A DNA stretch of 30,369 bases from a virus: IMG/VR virus record IMGVR_UViG_3300030514_000035, positions 115,027-145,395 of that record; one strand, written 5' to 3'. Under the pieces are notes generated by a model that saw only the letters and a list, made by a program, of their open reading frames with translations, was not told the origin of the DNA and did no database searches. The translations under genes and the position numbers were made by a program. This document shows, in pieces, positions 26,401 through 30,369 of this stretch. Every line of letters starts with the position of its first letter. Within the stretch, counting starts at the first letter, position 1.

Positions 26401-26880
26401 TTACTCCTGTCCCTCTTCCTGTGCTTGACGCTTCGCCTCTTCTTCGAGTAACGCTCTAGCTTCTTCAAGCTTCTTCTCTCTTTCGATTCTATGTTCTTCT
26501 TTTTGATCGAATGCTGATTGCACTAGAACATCATACTCTTCTTCTGTTAGGTTGTAGCTTCCAGTACCTTTTAACTTACTAAATTGCTCATCCATATATT
26601 CCTTTGTCACATTTAATTCCTTATGGAATTTAGTTTCTGCTTCACGAGATTTAAACACTTTATCATAAACTTCTGCAACTGGCATATCAAGATACTTTTG
26701 TAACTCTTGACCCATTTGTAAACTTGGTTTATTGTTGTTGATGCAGTTTACATAGAATGTATAACTGATACCACAGATTTTGCAGAGTTCTCTTTTAGTA
26801 ATGCGTTCTGAAATACGCTTAACTTCAGACCTTCTAATAATCTCTCTTAACTCTTCTTTTGTAGACATGTTCATAACCAT
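26401..26880 (-). CDS. XRE-like HTH DNA-binding protein
   Basis: ITKRELCKICGISYTFYVNCINNNKPS HTH; probable ATG at 26880 after GGAGG. Confidence 0.65.
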   Translation of the reverse strand: MVMNMSTKEELREIIRRSEVKRISERITKRELCKICGISYTFYVNCINNNKPSLQMGQELQKYLDMPVAEVYDKVFKSREAETKFHKELNVTKEYMDEQFSKLKGTGSYNLTEEEYDVLVQSAFDQKEEHRIEREKKLEEARALLEEEAKRQAQEEGQE

Positions 26881-26947
26881 GGTTAATTCCTCCATCAACT
26901 TTGTTAGTGGTTTTAGTATATCACTGTATTAGTAATAAATCAATAGT

Positions 26948-27622
26948 CTAATTTTCTTCTGCAAATTTCTTAACAATATCACGATGCTCCCAGCGTCCGT
27001 ACACATTCTTAGTCTTGTCCACAGCTTTCCTCATTGATTCATAGTAGACAAGTTCACTATCCATTAACAACTTAATATACTTGGTGATGGTTTTGCGATT
27101 GATCCCTGTCTCCTGTTCAATATCTTCTATATTAGGGAGAGTGTATTTATCACTGCTGTCATTATTAAACATTCGTGCGATGATGTTGTGATAGATGGAG
27201 AATACCTTCATTTTATTCTTTTCTTCCATAGAAATGAGTTTATAGAAATCTTCGTAGAATATCTTTGTAAAGTAATCTCCTTGATATGGAGCATCTATAA
27301 TTTTAAAGAAGTATGTATTCGCATACTTAACCTCCTGCTCCTCCTTCGTACACATGAAATCAGCGTACATCTTTATCATGCGATTCTTGATAAGCTTTTC
27401 TATGGACTCCTTAATACCTGACTTGTTTTTAGAGTTCACTACAAACCCTAATATTCTAAGTATAGAATCAACACTTGCAATAGAAATGCCATCGAATCTT
27501 TGATTGGCAAATCCCTTAATTAGTAAATATACAAAATGGTCACGAGAGTCATACTCTTCTTCTTTCATAAAATCATCGTACACCCTTATAAACTGCCTCC
27601 TATCTTGCTTCTCCTCTTCCAC
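26948..27622 (-). CDS. Tandem winged-helix protein (Rep-like or regulator)
   Basis: 224 aa, GTG start after GGGAGGTG. Two HTH-like halves (IKESIEKLIKNRMI; LPNIEDIEQETGINRKTITKYIKLLMDSELV). Confidence 0.7.
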   Translation of the reverse strand: MEEEKQDRRQFIRVYDDFMKEEEYDSRDHFVYLLIKGFANQRFDGISIASVDSILRILGFVVNSKNKSGIKESIEKLIKNRMIKMYADFMCTKEEQEVKYANTYFFKIIDAPYQGDYFTKIFYEDFYKLISMEEKNKMKVFSIYHNIIARMFNNDSSDKYTLPNIEDIEQETGINRKTITKYIKLLMDSELVYYESMRKAVDKTKNVYGRWEHRDIVKKFAEEN

Positions 27623-27666
27623 TCTTCACACACCTCCCTTTTAATACTTTTGCTTTACAGAATGCT

Positions 27667-28086
27667 CCCGAAACGCCTTGGGCGTGGGGGCGTTACATCT
27701 CTATATTTAGTCCCTTGCCTGTCTATGTTCTAGTCTGTGACCCATTTCGAGACGATTATTGTCTCGTTTTTCAGGCAAAAGTCTATTCGAAATCCAATTT
27801 GAGACGATTATTGTCTCGAATTTCTGTAGCCTCCTCATATTATAATGAATATTTTTACCTGTCAATACTTTTGTTTAGAAATCTGAGACTATATACGTCT
27901 CGAATTTCCACAAATCCATGTTCCCTTCCCCGAAAGCGCCAGCGCTGGGGGGCATCATATCTCTATATTTAGTCCCTCCCCCTTTCTATGTTCTAGTCTG
28001 TCACCCAATTTGAGACGATATACGTCTCGAAATTTTATTAATACGCCCTCTCAAATCCAATTTGAGACGATATACGTCTCGTTTTT
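27667..28086. repeat. Duplicated ~155-bp unit and five 17-bp palindromes GAGAC-N7-GTCTC
   Basis: Units at about 27667-27822 and 27929-28086. Palindromes at 27749, 27801, 27885, 28012 and 28064. Confidence 0.9.
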
Positions 28087-28235
28087 CTTCAGAGCATCTT
28101 TTCGTAGAATATCCGTATTAAACAAAAGTATTGACAATAATTACTACTATTATCTCCTATTACTATATGATACTCTTAATATTGTATTTGCGACAGAATA
28201 ACTGAAAATAAATGCAGAGAGAAGGAACTTGAAGT

Positions 28236-28838
28236 ATGAAGCTAAAGTTTTATGTAGCAATTATGGCATTGATGTTCTCGCTATTAATTGCAAATGATGC
28301 ATTCGCCTACACGGTGAAATCAGGTGATACACTATGGAAGGTTAGTCAATCACAGGGAGTTAGTTTAGATGCTCTCAGAAAAGCTAATAACAAATGGGAT
28401 AATAGTTTACAAGTTGGGCAGAATTTAATCATCCCTACAAGCACTGCTACAGGCTCTACGAGCGTGTCTGCGAGTGATAAAGACCTACTTGCTAGGTTAG
28501 TATCGGCAGAAGCTAAAGGTGAGCCATACGCAGGACAGGTGGCTGTAGCGACAGTGGTATTGAACCGTGTTGACAGCGCTGGCTTTCCGAACACTATTAG
28601 TGGAGTAATTAATGAAACTTATGAAAATGGTAAGTACTATGCATTCTCCCCTGTAGAGAACGGTACTATTAAACAACCAGCGACAGCTAGTGCTAAGAAA
28701 GCTGTAGATGAAGCCATTGGTTTCCGTGGACAGGGATCGGGAAGTCTATTTTTCTATAACCCGAAAACAGCAACATCTGAATGGATTAAATCGAGGACAG
28801 TAACCGTTGTAATTGGTAATCATACCTTTGCAAAATAG
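28236..28838 (+). CDS. Secreted LysM + SleB/CwlJ-type (Hydrolase_2) cell wall hydrolase
   Basis: Signal peptide ending AFA. LysM YTVKSGDTLWKVS...LQVGQNLIIP. Catalytic domain LLARLVSAEAKGEPYAGQVAVATVVLNRV...FSPV...FFYNP...IGNHTF. Confidence 0.93.
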   Translation: MKLKFYVAIMALMFSLLIANDAFAYTVKSGDTLWKVSQSQGVSLDALRKANNKWDNSLQVGQNLIIPTSTATGSTSVSASDKDLLARLVSAEAKGEPYAGQVAVATVVLNRVDSAGFPNTISGVINETYENGKYYAFSPVENGTIKQPATASAKKAVDEAIGFRGQGSGSLFFYNPKTATSEWIKSRTVTVVIGNHTFAK

Positions 28839-28839
28839 T

Positions 28840-28872
28840 AAAAGCCGATAGGACGAATCCTGTCGGCTTTTA
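28840..28872. terminator. Bidirectional rho-independent terminator
   Basis: AAAAGCCGATAGGA-CGAA-TCCTGTCGGCTTTT. Confidence 0.85.
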
Positions 28873-28879
28873 TTTGTGC

Positions 28880-28909
28880 TTGTCAATATTTATATGTATG
28901 TGATAAAAT
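28880..28909 (+). promoter_or_regulatory. SigA-type promoter for the replication initiator leader
   Basis: TTGTCA, 18 nt, with extended -10 TG-A-TAAAAT. Confidence 0.6.
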
Positions 28910-29054
28910 GAAGTCACTAAAACATTCGGAAAATGAGCAACGCCCCATTCCTTTTCGAGTTTGGCGACCTTTAAGGAATGAGGCGTATAGGATTAAAACC
29001 CACATAATGTGAGGATTTCTTAATGTCTTGCAACTCTCGTTGCTATTTGATTTT

Positions 29055-29083
29055 ATTTTAGCACAGACATTTTTGAAATGCAA
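29055..29083 (-). promoter_or_regulatory. Antisense SigA-type promoter inside the rep leader
   Basis: Minus strand TTGCAT (29083-29078), 17 nt, TG-C-TAAAAT (29060-29055). Confidence 0.65.
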
Positions 29084-29100
29084 CACTTATATGTGTATTT

Positions 29101-29135
29101 AATCCTGCCTTTTCTCAGAATTGGGAGGATTTTTT
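29101..29135 (+). terminator. Attenuator hairpin overlapping the rep RBS
   Basis: AATCCTgCC...GGgAGGATT followed by a T-tract, ending 3 nt before the ATG at 29139. Confidence 0.55.
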
Positions 29136-29138
29136 ATT

Positions 29139-30227
29139 ATGGAAAAAAGAGAAATTAAAACTAGCCACTTATTATTTGACCAAAGCCCTATACTCATTCG
29201 CCCTGAGTTAGCAGTTAGAATTGGATTGAACGAAGCTATTGTTCTACAGCAAGTTCACTACTGGATTGATGGTAAGCGTAATAGTACAAAAGAGAAAGAT
29301 TATGCGCAAGAGAGAACATACATAGATGGTAGATTTTGGACATACGATTCATATCCTGAATGGCAGAAGCAGTTCCCATGGTGGTCTGTAAAAACTGTAG
29401 AAAGAACATTCGTTAAACTTGAGGAGAAAGGCATCTTAATCTCAGGGACTTTCAACGAAATGAAAGCTGATCGTACGAAATGGTATACCATTGACTATGA
29501 GGCACTAGATAAGTATGAAAATCCAAAGGCTAAGAAGAAGGACAAAGTGTCTGATGATGAAAATGGGACTAAAGTCACTTCTGATGAGTCTAAAGTCACA
29601 AATGAAGGTAATGACGCTGAAAACGTTGATGTAGAGCATAATGACAACTTGTCAGAAAGCGTGGTTGAGCAATCTGACAATCTGTCGTCACCATCAGGAC
29701 AAGTTGTCGTGACCAATCCGACAGATTGTCGTGAGCAATCCGACAACTTGTCGTCACCATTACCTAAGAGTTCTTCTAAGATTTCCCCTGAGATTTCAGA
29801 CGAAGACTTCATTACTTCCTCCTCTAGTGTAGATAAAGAAGATAATGAAGAGTTATCCACAGATACGGATAACGAGGATGAAGAAGGAACAATCTCTATT
29901 AGTAAACTTAATTGTATTAAACGTGAAGTTGAAGGATTCAATATCTTTATGAGTGAGAGTGAAATTAAAGAGGTTATGAAGAAGCTATATGAAATGAATA
30001 TTGTTGATAGAGTCACTAAAGGTGATTTACTAGAAGCTTATAGCAGTTTCAACAAAGAGATGAATAATAAAGGCATTACATATCCTATTGCATATTTCAC
30101 TAATGGTGTTCAGAAGGCTTTTAATAAACGCATGAGAAAACTACAGATGGGCATTGAGGATAATAGAGTTGAGCAGACTACTCAAGCTACAGGTGCGATT
30201 CCATTCTTTAACTGGCTGGAAGATTGA
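29139..30227 (+). CDS. Phage replication initiator protein
   Basis: N-terminal wHTH LIRPELAVRIGLNEAIVLQQVHYW...WTYDSY.EW..QFPWWS..TV.R...LE..G. Acidic linker carrying iterons; C-terminal PIAYF and FFNWLE. ATG at 29139 after GGGAGG. Confidence 0.85.
   Translation: MEKREIKTSHLLFDQSPILIRPELAVRIGLNEAIVLQQVHYWIDGKRNSTKEKDYAQERTYIDGRFWTYDSYPEWQKQFPWWSVKTVERTFVKLEEKGILISGTFNEMKADRTKWYTIDYEALDKYENPKAKKKDKVSDDENGTKVTSDESKVTNEGNDAENVDVEHNDNLSESVVEQSDNLSSPSGQVVVTNPTDCREQSDNLSSPLPKSSSKISPEISDEDFITSSSSVDKEDNEELSTDTDNEDEEGTISISKLNCIKREVEGFNIFMSESEIKEVMKKLYEMNIVDRVTKGDLLEAYSSFNKEMNNKGITYPIAYFTNGVQKAFNKRMRKLQMGIEDNRVEQTTQATGAIPFFNWLED
29643..29752. repeat. Intragenic iterons GACA-N3-TGTC (putative origin)
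   Basis: Copies at 29643, 29676, 29698, 29720 and 29742 (spacings 33, 22, 22, 22 bp). Confidence 0.8.
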
Positions 30228-30369
30228 GAGTAGGTATGGATGCAAACATACCCCTCTCGCCTCTCACAAGCCTAGCTGTGAAACTTAATTTACGTGGTCG
30301 AGCAAATACATTAAAAAGCTAAAGAGTTGGTTACAGGATAATCTGAACCTTTTGGTTAGGTGTGGAGAT

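Noticed and set aside
27667-28086. CRISPR array or protelomerase telRL site interpretation of the palindromes
   Set aside because: Spacing is irregular (52, 84, 127, 52 bp), inter-repeat sequence is itself duplicated, and no cas genes are present. No long perfect palindrome or protelomerase gene is visible in the window.
27536-28201. Plus-strand ORFs 27536-27733, 27715-27972 and 28010-28201
   Set aside because: They are translations of the non-coding repeat region and lack an RBS.
28883-29086. 67-aa minus-strand ORF
   Set aside because: Its start overlaps the antisense -35 box and it has no RBS; the region is better explained as a regulatory leader.
29300-30016. Minus-strand ORFs 29300-29491 and 29495-30016 (also 28346-28594)
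   Set aside because: Antisense to the replication initiator or the hydrolase; the Ser/Leu-rich composition is a shadow of the sense frame.
30236-30322. Possible 28-aa ORF after rep
   Set aside because: Short, with a weak RBS, and too close to the window edge to assess.

Overview
Segment of a large temperate-type Bacillus-group siphophage genome, with gene order resembling the SPbeta head/tail cluster. Most genes are on the minus strand. Read in transcription order from right to left, the window holds a winged-helix protein, an XRE-type HTH protein, a sigma-r4/LuxR-type HTH protein and HU. A cluster follows with 6 canonical tRNAs (Asn, Asp, Arg, Ser, Trp, Tyr) interleaved with at least 5 tRNA-like RNAs whose anticodon arm is either deleted or replaced by a long helix. 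Next come terminase small and large subunits, portal, protease/scaffold, decoration protein, major capsid, neck proteins and the major tail protein. The last minus-strand block is an appendage module: a GH32 levanase between two small paralogs, two multi-CBM/LamG fibre paralogs and a long coiled-coil fibre. The plus strand carries a secreted LysM-SleB hydrolase and a replication initiator with intragenic iterons. The initiator leader looks like an antisense-RNA-controlled attenuator. A second, duplicated palindrome array lies upstream of the winged-helix gene, and a 10-bp motif (CAAAAGTATT) recurs 12 times, often abutting -35 boxes. All calls come from reading the sequence by eye; no database searches or folding programs were run.
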